From: a virus
Virus record (IMG/VR): IMGVR_UViG_3300028559_000025
Location: 1-64,000 of that record
DNA length: 64,000 nucleotides
Direction: 5' to 3' (one strand)
Below are positions 29,919-38,791 of this stretch, piece by piece. Each line of letters starts with the position of its first letter. The first letter of the stretch is position 1. Below the pieces are notes generated by a model. The model was not told where the DNA came from, did no database searches, and saw only the letters and a list, made by a program, of their open reading frames with translations. Position numbers and translations under genes: made by a program.

Positions 29919-32900
29919 ATGAATTACGTTGGCTTACATGTCCATACTCACTACTCCTTAATGGATGGTGTTGCTACTCCAGAAGAATACGTGAACCGTG
30001 CAGTTGAGTTGGGGATGCCAGCATTGGCAATTACTGACCACGGTACTTTATCTGGGCATAGGGAACTGCACCGTATTGCAAAAGCAAATGGAATTAAGCC
30101 AATACTTGGTGTAGAAGGCTATATGACGACAAGTATGGAAGACAAGAGGGCGAAGGCAGATCGCACAGACCCTCTTGACCAAAACTATCATCATATAGTC
30201 CTTCTCGCTAAGAACCAAATTGGTCTTGAAAACTTAAACAAGATCAATGAGATTGCATGGACAGAAGGATTCTTTAGCAAGCCAAGATTTGATTTTGAAA
30301 CACTTGCTAAGTATAAAGAAGGAATTATTGTTACATCTGCATGTTTAAGTGGATGGATAGCAAAAGCTGTTGAACTAGGAGAACTAGCAACAGCAAAGAA
30401 GCACATTCAGTGGTTTAAAAAAGAATTTGGTGATGATTACTACATTGAAGTAATGCCACACAACCCACCTGAAGTTAACAAGGGAATTATTGATCTGGCT
30501 GATGCAGCTAAGGTTAAGATTGTTGTAACTCCAGACTGCCATCACTCAGACACAAGTCAAAAAGAAGTTCAAGAACTAATGCTTCTTCTGAACACACATG
30601 CTAAGTTGCAGAAAGATGTAACCTATGATAAGTCTAAGAAGCACGAATCATTTATGGATCGTCTTGACTATCTATACGGTGCAGACCGTATGATGAGTTT
30701 TAATAAGTTTGATATACACTTGCTTTCATATGAAGAAATGAAAGACGCAATGCTCAAGCAGGGCATTGATCGTGAAGATATGTTTACGTCAACTATAGAG
30801 ATTGCTAATAAGGTAGAAGACTATGACATTAAAGAACACCTAGACTTGCTTCCAGTTCAATACAAAAAGCCAATGGATGAACTTAAGAATCTTGCAATTG
30901 AAGGATTAAAAGAAAGAAATCTAGAAAAGAATGAAGAGTATTTATCACGACTTGATGAAGAGTTAGAGATTATTGGTCAGAAAAACTTTGGACCATACTT
31001 TCTAGTAGTTCGTAACATGCTTAACTGGGCAAAGAGTGAAGGCATTATGGTAGGTCCAGGTCGTGGATCTGCTGCAGGCTCTTTGCTTTGTTACGCACTT
31101 GGAATTACTGACATTGATCCAATCAAGCATGGTCTTCTGTTTTTCCGTTTTATTAATCCAGATCGTAATGACTTCCCTGATATTGACTCAGATATTCAGG
31201 ATACTCGTCGTGATGAAGTCAAAGATTATCTAGTTCGTCAGTATCGCCATGTTGCTTCTATTGCTACATTCTTACAGTTTAAAGATAAGGGTGTGGTGCG
31301 AGATGTTGCAAGATGCCTAAATATTCCTTTGCCTGATGTAAACAAGGTACTAAAGGTTGTTGATACATGGGATGACTTCTGTAATTCAAAGAATACTTAT
31401 TGGTTTAGAGAGAAGTACCCAGAAGTAGAGCGCTATGGAGATCAGCTTCGTGGAAGAATTCGTGGTACTGGAATCCACGCAGCAGGAGTTGTAACAAGCA
31501 AGGACCCAATCTTTAGATATGCTCCATTAGAAACACGTTCAGTAACTGGACAAGATGAACGCATTCCTGTGGTAGCAGTAGATATGGGTGAGGCAGAAAA
31601 CATTGGTTTGATTAAGATTGATGCTCTTGGTCTAAAGACACTTAGTGTTCTTAAAGACTGCATTGATATAATTAAAGAGCGTGAAGGAACAAAGATTGAC
31701 CTTCTCAAAATTGATATGGATGATGCAAATGTTTACACTATGTTGTCTGATGGTTATACTAAAGGTGTCTTTCAGTGTGAAGCAGCACCATACACGAACC
31801 TTCTAGTTAAGATGCGTGTAAAAAACCTTGCAGAACTTGCAGCTTCAAATGCTCTGGTTCGTCCAGGTGCCATGAATACAATTGGTAAATCTTATATTGC
31901 TCGTAAGCATGGTCGTGAAAATATTGATTATAAACATCAGGTTATGAAATCATTTACGGAGGAAACATATGGTTGTATTCTTTACCAAGAACAAGTTATG
32001 CAAGCATGCGTACAGCTTGGCGGTATGTCCATGTCGGAAGCGGATAAAGTTAGAAAGATCATTGGAAAGAAAAAGGATGCTAAAGAGTTTGATGTCTTCA
32101 AGGATCAATTTGTTAAGGGTGCTTCTCAATACCTTTCGCCGAATGATGCGCTAGACCTATGGCATGACTTTGAGGCTCACGCAGGGTACTCATTTAATAA
32201 GTCTCACGCAGTAGCATACTCAACACTATCCTACTGGACAGCATGGTTAAAGTACCACTATCCACTAGAATTTATGTTTGCACTATTGAAGAATGAAAAA
32301 GACAAAGATGGAAGAACGGAGTATTTGATTGAAGCAAAACGTATGGGTATCCCTGTTAAACTTCCGCATCTTAATGATTCGGAAATTGATTTTAAGATTG
32401 AAGGTAAGGGAATTAGATTTGGGCTTACGGGTATTAAATATATCTCTGACAAAATTGCAGAAAAATATATCGCAGGCCGTCCGTTCACATCATATAAGCA
32501 AGTAGAAGAGTTTACTTTTACCAAGGGTAATGGAGTTAATAGTCGTGCACTACAGGCAATGAGATGCGTAGGAGCACTTACATTTCCAGATAATCCAGCA
32601 AATCCGCAGGAAGTTAAAGAAAATCTGTATGAGTATCTAAACCTTCCTGAGTTTAATACTTCTATTCCACAACATTACTATGCATACATAAATGATATTG
32701 AGGAATATGAAGAGACTGGATCATTTGTATTGCTTGGCATGGTAAAATCAATTAAAAGAGGAACAGGATGGTCAAGAGTTGAAGTTTTGGACAAGACTGG
32801 CAGTGTTGGTATATTTGATGAGGAGTCTCCGTCTATTGAGAGTGGTCGTACTTATCTCATTCTTGCAAGTGACAATAGGATTGTTTCTGCAGTACCTGCT

Positions 32901-33194
32901 GATGAGATAAAAGGGTCTAAAAGCTCTTTAGTAAAGTTTTTAAACTATAAGATGCTTCCATATAAAGAGGGTGAACACTTTGTTGTTTCTTTTAAACCTA
33001 GAGTAACGAAGGCTGGGAAAAAGATGGCGTCATTAGTATTGGCAGATGCTGGCAGAGAAATGCATTCAGTTGTTGTATTTCCAATGCAATTTGCAAAAGC
33101 TTATATGAAGATTGAAGAAGGAAATGTTTATAAGTTTGATTTTGGAAAAACAAAAGATGGTACCGTGACTATGAATGAGGTGGAAAGTGTTTGA
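29919..33194 (+). CDS. dnaE: DNA polymerase III alpha subunit
   Basis: PHP domain LHVHTHYSLMDG; GRGSAAGS; PDIDSD; FNKSHAVAY. Confidence 0.96.
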   Translation: MNYVGLHVHTHYSLMDGVATPEEYVNRAVELGMPALAITDHGTLSGHRELHRIAKANGIKPILGVEGYMTTSMEDKRAKADRTDPLDQNYHHIVLLAKNQIGLENLNKINEIAWTEGFFSKPRFDFETLAKYKEGIIVTSACLSGWIAKAVELGELATAKKHIQWFKKEFGDDYYIEVMPHNPPEVNKGIIDLADAAKVKIVVTPDCHHSDTSQKEVQELMLLLNTHAKLQKDVTYDKSKKHESFMDRLDYLYGADRMMSFNKFDIHLLSYEEMKDAMLKQGIDREDMFTSTIEIANKVEDYDIKEHLDLLPVQYKKPMDELKNLAIEGLKERNLEKNEEYLSRLDEELEIIGQKNFGPYFLVVRNMLNWAKSEGIMVGPGRGSAAGSLLCYALGITDIDPIKHGLLFFRFINPDRNDFPDIDSDIQDTRRDEVKDYLVRQYRHVASIATFLQFKDKGVVRDVARCLNIPLPDVNKVLKVVDTWDDFCNSKNTYWFREKYPEVERYGDQLRGRIRGTGIHAAGVVTSKDPIFRYAPLETRSVTGQDERIPVVAVDMGEAENIGLIKIDALGLKTLSVLKDCIDIIKEREGTKIDLLKIDMDDANVYTMLSDGYTKGVFQCEAAPYTNLLVKMRVKNLAELAASNALVRPGAMNTIGKSYIARKHGRENIDYKHQVMKSFTEETYGCILYQEQVMQACVQLGGMSMSEADKVRKIIGKKKDAKEFDVFKDQFVKGASQYLSPNDALDLWHDFEAHAGYSFNKSHAVAYSTLSYWTAWLKYHYPLEFMFALLKNEKDKDGRTEYLIEAKRMGIPVKLPHLNDSEIDFKIEGKGIRFGLTGIKYISDKIAEKYIAGRPFTSYKQVEEFTFTKGNGVNSRALQAMRCVGALTFPDNPANPQEVKENLYEYLNLPEFNTSIPQHYYAYINDIEEYEETGSFVLLGMVKSIKRGTGWSRVEVLDKTGSVGIFDEESPSIESGRTYLILASDNRIVSAVPADEIKGSKSSLVKFLNYKMLPYKEGEHFVVSFKPRVTKAGKKMASLVLADAGREMHSVVVFPMQFAKAYMKIEEGNVYKFDFGKTKDGTVTMNEVESV

Positions 33195-33504
33195 TGATTT
33201 AGCAATTGCATTACATGAAGTAGCAGTAGAAAAAGGTTTTTGGCCTGAAGATGTTGATGACATTTTTATTGCTAAGCAATGTATGATGATCGTATCTGAA
33301 GTAACTGAGGTTATGGAAGCAGTACGCAAAGATAAAGGCGAAGAAGAAATTGCTAAGGAAGTTGCAGACATTTTGATTCGTACACTAGATCTCTATGCAG
33401 GAATGGTTGAAGCAGGGTATACTAAGATGTCACTAGATTATGCAATGGAAGAAAAAACTAACTTTAATAAAACTAGACCAGAAAAACACGGGGTACGATT
33501 TTAA
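33175..33504 (+). CDS. MazG-like nucleotide pyrophosphohydrolase
   Basis: SEVTEVMEA...EVADILIRTLD; start may be GTG at 33187. Confidence 0.8.
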   Translation: MRWKVFDDLAIALHEVAVEKGFWPEDVDDIFIAKQCMMIVSEVTEVMEAVRKDKGEEEIAKEVADILIRTLDLYAGMVEAGYTKMSLDYAMEEKTNFNKTRPEKHGVRF

Positions 33505-34517
33505 TGATAACGGTAGAAGAAGTATTGGCTCAGCTTAGCCCAAAGCTAAGAAAGACTGTAATGGCTGGAGACACTATTCCAGCAACAGAATATGCAGCAA
33601 CACCTAGCTTCGGTTTAAACCGTGCTCTGAATGGTGGCTTGCCATATGGAAGACAAGTACTAGTTTGGGGCTCAAAGTCCTCTGCAAAGTCCTCTCTATG
33701 CCTTCAGATGATAGGTCTAGCACAGAAGGAAGGCAAGGTTTGTGCATGGATTGATGCTGAAATGTCATACGATAAGAAGTGGGCCGAAAGTCTTGGGGTT
33801 GACTCATCAAAGCTTATTGTTTCTCAGTGTCGTACAATTAATGAGATGGTTGACGTTGGCACAAACCTAATGCAGGCTGGAGTTGATATAATAGTTATTG
33901 ACTCTATTACGTCATTGCTGCCAGCAATATACTTTGAAAAGGATTCTGATGAACTTAAGCAACTTGAAAATACCAAGCAAATTGGTGCAGAGTCTAGAGA
34001 CTTTAGCAATGCATGGAAGATGCTTAATTACGCTAATAATAAAGTTAAGCCTACTATGCTTGTGCTTATTAGCCAGTCTCGCAATAATATTAGTGCTATG
34101 TATACTAGTCAGCAGCCTACTGGTGGTCAAGCTACTAAGTTTTATTCCTCAACAGTTATTAAGTTATTTTCGTCAGAGTCAGACAATCAAGCGATTAAGG
34201 GCAAGATTCATGTTGGAGATAAACTTATTGAAGAAAAGATTGGTCGCAAAATTCGTTGGGAACTACAGTTCTCTAAGACTTCTCCTGGCTTTCAGTCTGG
34301 CGAGTATGACTTTTATTTCAGGGGAGATAATGTTGGTATTGATAGCATTGGTGATCTTGTTGATACGGCTGAAATGATGGGTATTGTTGAGCGCACAGGA
34401 GCATGGTATGTATTACCTGACGGTACTAAGGTACAAGGAAGAGAAGGGTTTGTTAATAGGGTTAGAGAAGATTTAGATCTACAAGACTCTATTAAGAATA
34501 AAATACTAAATGTCTGA
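33504..34517 (+). CDS. recA: RecA/UvsX recombinase
   Basis: LNRALNGGLPYGR; WIDAE; VIDSI; TGGQATKFYSS; GAWY. Confidence 0.92.
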   Translation: MITVEEVLAQLSPKLRKTVMAGDTIPATEYAATPSFGLNRALNGGLPYGRQVLVWGSKSSAKSSLCLQMIGLAQKEGKVCAWIDAEMSYDKKWAESLGVDSSKLIVSQCRTINEMVDVGTNLMQAGVDIIVIDSITSLLPAIYFEKDSDELKQLENTKQIGAESRDFSNAWKMLNYANNKVKPTMLVLISQSRNNISAMYTSQQPTGGQATKFYSSTVIKLFSSESDNQAIKGKIHVGDKLIEEKIGRKIRWELQFSKTSPGFQSGEYDFYFRGDNVGIDSIGDLVDTAEMMGIVERTGAWYVLPDGTKVQGREGFVNRVREDLDLQDSIKNKILNV

Positions 34518-34686
34518 AAAGTTTAAGATTTTTCCAGGAAAGTTTGCATGCAAAAAATGCAATGAAGAAGTTAATGCTTTAAGACTATGGCTTGAGACTG
34601 CAGACGTAACATGGATGTGTAGTCAAAAACACATATCAAGGGTCCCACTAATACTTACAAGGAAAGATTATGAGCGAAAGAGCTGA
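34510..34686 (+). CDS. 58-aa zinc-binding protein (not in the ORF track)
   Basis: CKKC...CSQKH; overlaps the recA stop and the next start. Confidence 0.6.
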   Translation: MSEKFKIFPGKFACKKCNEEVNALRLWLETADVTWMCSQKHISRVPLILTRKDYERKS

Positions 34687-34960
34687 GAGCAAAAGAATAG
34701 GTGCTAAGCAGCATAAAAATTCTGGACGTAACACTCATAAAGGTGATGCTACTTGGAAAAATTTTACTGTAGATTTTAAAGAATGCTCAAAATCTTTTAC
34801 CTTAAATAAAGATGTTTGGGCTAAAGCAGTAACAGATGCAATCAGAAATGGCAATGATCCAGCAATCCTAGTAGTCCTTGGTGACGGCAATTCAAAGGTA
34901 CGGCTAATGATAACTGAATTTGAAATAATGGAACAGATAATAGGAGAAGATGATGAGTGA
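34670..34960 (+). CDS. Hjc-like PD-(D/E)XK Holliday junction resolvase
   Basis: SG...KGDA...VDFKE motif. Confidence 0.6.
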   Translation: MSERAESKRIGAKQHKNSGRNTHKGDATWKNFTVDFKECSKSFTLNKDVWAKAVTDAIRNGNDPAILVVLGDGNSKVRLMITEFEIMEQIIGEDDE

Positions 34961-35255
34961 ACAAACAACGCTAGATATGGTAAACGGTCTGTCTGAAATA
35001 GCAGACTATATGCAAGATGAAGAGCTAACACAAGCTTTAACATTCATAGCCAAGGTAATTATTAAGCCAGATATTCCAGCACAAGTAGCCAGTATTGAGA
35101 TTGTAAGGCTGCAGGCTATTGCTGCAAAGATGGCTTTCAAGGCAACATGGATGGCCAATGTTGACAAAAATGACAGGGCAAAGAAGAACATATACTACAC
35201 AGCAGCAGAATCAATCAACAATTTAGTGTCAGCACTCAAATATATCATGCGCTAA
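34950..35255 (+). CDS. Hypothetical helical protein
   Basis: GGAG RBS; in operon. Confidence 0.6.
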   Translation: MMSEQTTLDMVNGLSEIADYMQDEELTQALTFIAKVIIKPDIPAQVASIEIVRLQAIAAKMAFKATWMANVDKNDRAKKNIYYTAAESINNLVSALKYIMR

Positions 35256-35287
35256 CATGCTATACTTATATAAAGAAAAGAGATAAC

Positions 35288-36073
35288 ATGACAAAAAATT
35301 TACTAAAGCAGATTATGATAAAAGATGTTGAGACCAGCGCACAGATTGATGCTAAAGAACTTGTAAAGGCTATTGAGGCTGGATATCTTGTTGGGCGTGA
35401 GCCTAAGCATACACAGAAGAAGACGTTTGGACCTTCTACTATTGCCTATGGACATGGAGAATGCCCAAGATACTGGTACCTTGCATTTGAAGGAGCAGTG
35501 TTTGAAGATAACTCTGACCCATACGCAGTAGCAAATATGACTAATGGAACACTTGCTCATGGAAGAATTGAGACAGCGTTTAAGAACTCTGGAATTTCAA
35601 TTGATTCAGAGTTTAAGATTTTCAATGATGATCCTCCAATTTTTGGTTATGTAGATAACTTTATTAATTGGAATGGTGAAGAAGTAGTTGTTGAAGTAAA
35701 GACAACCAATAACGAAGTGTTTGAGTATCGTAAGCGCACAGGCAAGCCTAAGATGGGTCACGTTGTGCAGATACTTATCTACATGAAGATTCTTAAGAAA
35801 GCTAAGGGTGTTCTTATTTATGAGAATAAGAATAACCACGAACTTCTTGTTATTCCAGTAGAGGTAAATGATCATTATCGTAAATGGATTGATGAAGCTT
35901 TTGAGTGGATGAGGGTTGTTCGTAAGTCTTGGGAAGTTAAAGAGCTTCCAACCAAGAACTACAGATCAAACTCTAAGGTTTGTAAAAACTGTCCAATCAG
36001 AAAAGCATGTGATGAGGCAGGAACAGGCGTTGTTAAGATAGCATCGCTGGAGGAACTGAGTGAAGCTTTGTAG
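35288..36073 (+). CDS. Cas4-like PD-(D/E)XK exonuclease
   Basis: CPRYWY; GTLAH; GYVD...EVKT; Q..IY; CKNCP...C Fe-S ligands. Confidence 0.8.
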   Translation: MTKNLLKQIMIKDVETSAQIDAKELVKAIEAGYLVGREPKHTQKKTFGPSTIAYGHGECPRYWYLAFEGAVFEDNSDPYAVANMTNGTLAHGRIETAFKNSGISIDSEFKIFNDDPPIFGYVDNFINWNGEEVVVEVKTTNNEVFEYRKRTGKPKMGHVVQILIYMKILKKAKGVLIYENKNNHELLVIPVEVNDHYRKWIDEAFEWMRVVRKSWEVKELPTKNYRSNSKVCKNCPIRKACDEAGTGVVKIASLEELSEAL

Positions 36074-36350
36074 CAGATGTGATATCAGGTTTAGCCCAAA
36101 GGTCAGTTATCAAATTTACTGTAGCCTTGAGTGCAGAGACCTTGCTACAAAAGATAAAATTCAGGAAAGATATCAGATAAATCGTAGACAAAAAAGAAAG
36201 GGGAAGGACCGTAGATGCTTAGGTGGATGCGGAACTTCTCTTTCTATCTATAATGATTCTGGTTTTTGTGCAAATTGTAATGTAAGTGAAAAAGCAGTTA
36301 ATAAAATGTTAAAAGAGTTAAAAGGATTTATTGAGTATGAGCAAGAATAA
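36060..36350 (+). CDS. Zinc-finger protein
   Basis: CSRC..YCSLEC...CLGGC...CANC. Confidence 0.65.
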   Translation: MKLCSRCDIRFSPKVSYQIYCSLECRDLATKDKIQERYQINRRQKRKGKDRRCLGGCGTSLSIYNDSGFCANCNVSEKAVNKMLKELKGFIEYEQE

Positions 36351-36933
36351 ATGGGGATTGGAACTTATTCCAAAAAGAATATGTGCTATTGATGCCAGCA
36401 CTAATAGTCTTGCCTTTGCTATTTTTGATACCTTTACAAAAGACATTGTTAGTGTAGGTAAAATTAATTTTGAAGGCAAAGATACTTATGAAAAAGTTAT
36501 GGATGCTGGTAAAAAAGTAAAGGCTTTCCTAGATATTTACGATGGATTTGAAGTAATAGTAATTGAGCATACAGTATTTATGAATAGCCCAAAGACCGCT
36601 GCAGATCTTGCTCTTGTGCAAGGAGCAATTCTTGGTTCTGCAGGTCAGACTGGAACAAAGGTTATTGGCAAGGTATCTCCAATTACTTGGCAAAACTATA
36701 TAGGCAATAAAAAGATATCTAAAGAAGAAAAGGCAATCATTGTTGCAAGAAATCCTGGCAAATCTGAGTCATGGTATAAAACTTATGAGCGTAATCTAAG
36801 AAAGCAAAGAACAATTGATTTTATTGAGTTTCAGTACAATAGAAAAATAGATGATAATGATGTAGCTGATGCCTGCGGTATTGGTCATTGGGCTATAAAA
36901 AATTGGGGAAAGGCGATAGGAGTTGATAAATAA
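36331..36933 (+). CDS. ruvC: RuvC-like resolvase
   Basis: AIDAS; IVIE; DNDVADACGIG. Confidence 0.8.
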   Translation: MSMSKNKWGLELIPKRICAIDASTNSLAFAIFDTFTKDIVSVGKINFEGKDTYEKVMDAGKKVKAFLDIYDGFEVIVIEHTVFMNSPKTAADLALVQGAILGSAGQTGTKVIGKVSPITWQNYIGNKKISKEEKAIIVARNPGKSESWYKTYERNLRKQRTIDFIEFQYNRKIDDNDVADACGIGHWAIKNWGKAIGVDK

Positions 36934-37577
36934 TGCCTGAGTTAAATGCAAATATTCCACCAATAGAATGCTATGTGCGTGGAAATTTTTTAAGAGATCA
37001 ACTAGATAGTCATGATCAGTATTTTCCATGTGTAATATTTGGTGTTTCAAGTATTAAAGCAAGAAGCCCATTGTTTCACTTTATGATGGAGGATGGTGGG
37101 ATTTGGTGGAGAATGCCAATTAATGCATTTTGTACTAAGCCAGGAGTTCCAGAAGAGCCAATTCACAACCTTGTCTTGTGGAACTCTTTTAGCTCTCATG
37201 TTTCTGTTACAAAGTTTCAAGCATTAAGCAATATGAGAATGTCATACATGGATAGAACTCATACAACGGTGCCAGGTACATACTTGTTTACACTTGATTG
37301 GCATAGTCCAGAAACCAATATTTTAGATGATGGATACTCTGAAAATCCAGGTCAGCATAAGTGCGGTCATGTAATTCAAAGAGATGATGGAAATTTTGCG
37401 GTACAGCCAAATAACAGGGTAAGAATAAAAGAACCATCCTTTGTAACAAAGAAAGATCTACTAATACAAAGACTTATTAATACAAATAAATGGGATGTTG
37501 AAAGCTATGACAAGTGGATTCTTGAGGACTCAGATGCCTATAATTATGATGTGTTGGAATCTAATGGTGAATTATGA
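36933..37577 (+). CDS. Phage hypothetical protein
   Basis: YLFTLDW...HKCGH...GNFAVQPNNR motif; function unknown. Confidence 0.65.
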   Translation: MPELNANIPPIECYVRGNFLRDQLDSHDQYFPCVIFGVSSIKARSPLFHFMMEDGGIWWRMPINAFCTKPGVPEEPIHNLVLWNSFSSHVSVTKFQALSNMRMSYMDRTHTTVPGTYLFTLDWHSPETNILDDGYSENPGQHKCGHVIQRDDGNFAVQPNNRVRIKEPSFVTKKDLLIQRLINTNKWDVESYDKWILEDSDAYNYDVLESNGEL

Positions 37578-37756
37578 GCGATAGAGATATTTTTTTATTT
37601 AAAGAAGAAGAGTCTGATGTTACACTAACTGTAAGAACTCTTGCTCCAACAAAATGGCTATTGATGGACCGTGAAACTGGTCAAATGTATCAGGGTAGCC
37701 CAAAAGGATACTGGGATAGACTTGATCCTATTATAAAGGTTGACAAAGAGGTATGA
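37574..37756 (+). CDS. Hypothetical protein
   Basis: Coupled ORF; PTKWLLMDRETGQMY. Confidence 0.55.
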   Translation: MSDRDIFLFKEEESDVTLTVRTLAPTKWLLMDRETGQMYQGSPKGYWDRLDPIIKVDKEV

Positions 37757-37911
37757 TGTCTGCTAAACTATATACTTCAGAGGTATGGCTAAAAAAGAGA
37801 TTTCTTATTGATAGGAAGTCTCCAGAAGAAATTGCAAAAGAGTGTGGGGCAAGCGTAGAGACTATCTATGTTTACTTAGCTAAATTTAATTTGAGAAAGA
37901 GTAAAAGATGA
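37756..37911 (+). CDS. 51-aa HTH protein (not in the ORF track)
   Basis: WLKKRF...SPEEIAKECGASVETIYVYLAKF. Confidence 0.7.
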   Translation: MSAKLYTSEVWLKKRFLIDRKSPEEIAKECGASVETIYVYLAKFNLRKSKR

Positions 37912-38033
37912 ATAAAACACAAAAAGTTCTTATTGGTTTAGGGGTTGCTGGTGCAGTAGGATTAACCTATGTAATAACAGCACTAAAGGGATTGCCAGAA
38001 GCTTTTGAGTGGGAAGAAGATGAATATGAGTGA
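37908..38033 (+). CDS. 41-aa single-TM protein (not in the ORF track)
   Basis: MNKTQKVLIGLGVAGAVGLTYVITAL...; ATGA overlap. Confidence 0.55.
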   Translation: MNKTQKVLIGLGVAGAVGLTYVITALKGLPEAFEWEEDEYE

Positions 38034-38268
38034 AAACCTAAATATCACGGTTGATCAAGTTAACCATCCCAAACATTATACAACAGACCCTTCTGGCGTT
38101 GAGTGTATAGAAATTACTCGTCATCGTAACTTTAATATTGGTAATGCATTTAAGTATCTTTGGAGAGCAGGACTTAAAGATGAGTCAAAAACAATTCAAG
38201 ATTTAAAAAAAGCAATTTTTTATATCAAGGATGAAATTAATAGACTAGAAGGAAAGTATGTCAACTGA
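38026..38268 (+). CDS. DUF3310-like protein
   Basis: DQVNHPKHY...ECIEI...GNAFKYLWRAG.K....DL.KA.FY. Confidence 0.8.
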   Translation: MSENLNITVDQVNHPKHYTTDPSGVECIEITRHRNFNIGNAFKYLWRAGLKDESKTIQDLKKAIFYIKDEINRLEGKYVN

Positions 38269-38791
38269 AGAAGATTTAGTTAAGCATCTTGACCAAGTAA
38301 ATAATGTTGTCAGTGAATACTTAAAAGGCAATGATCCTACAGTCATCTCAAAAGAGTTAGATATCCCACGTACACGTGTTGTCTCTCTTATTAATGAGTG
38401 GAAGACAATGGCTTCCGACAATGCTGCAATTCGTGCCCGTGCAAAAGAGGCATTGGTTGGTGCTGACACACACTACAGCAAGCTGATTTCTAAATCTTAT
38501 GAAGTTATTGATGAAGCCTCACTAACTAATAACCTTAGTGCAAAAACTGCTGCCATTAAGCTTGTAATGGACATTGAGTCTAAGCGTATTGACATGCTAC
38601 AAAAGGCTGGCCTTCTTGAGAATAAAGAACTTGCAGAAGAAATGGTTGAGATTGAGCGTAGACAAGAAGTACTTGTAGGAATTCTTAGAGATATTGCATC
38701 AGAGCATCCAGATATTAGAGATCTTATTATGCAAAGACTATCGTCTATTGCTAAAGAAGGAGAAGTGATTACAGTTGTCCACGACGTTTAA
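38258..38791 (+). CDS. Probable terminase small subunit
   Basis: N-terminal HTH plus helical body; overlaps the terL start. Confidence 0.5.
   Translation: MSTEEDLVKHLDQVNNVVSEYLKGNDPTVISKELDIPRTRVVSLINEWKTMASDNAAIRARAKEALVGADTHYSKLISKSYEVIDEASLTNNLSAKTAAIKLVMDIESKRIDMLQKAGLLENKELAEEMVEIERRQEVLVGILRDIASEHPDIRDLIMQRLSSIAKEGEVITVVHDV

Noticed and set aside
35288-36073. Cas4-like gene as a sign of a CRISPR-Cas system
   Set aside because: No repeat-spacer array or other cas genes were seen; solo Cas4-like nucleases are common in phage recombination modules
36920-37747. GTTGAYAAA at the ends of ruvC and the 37574 ORF as an insertion-site duplication
   Set aside because: Only ~9 nt in an AT-rich genome; cannot be told from chance without comparison genomes
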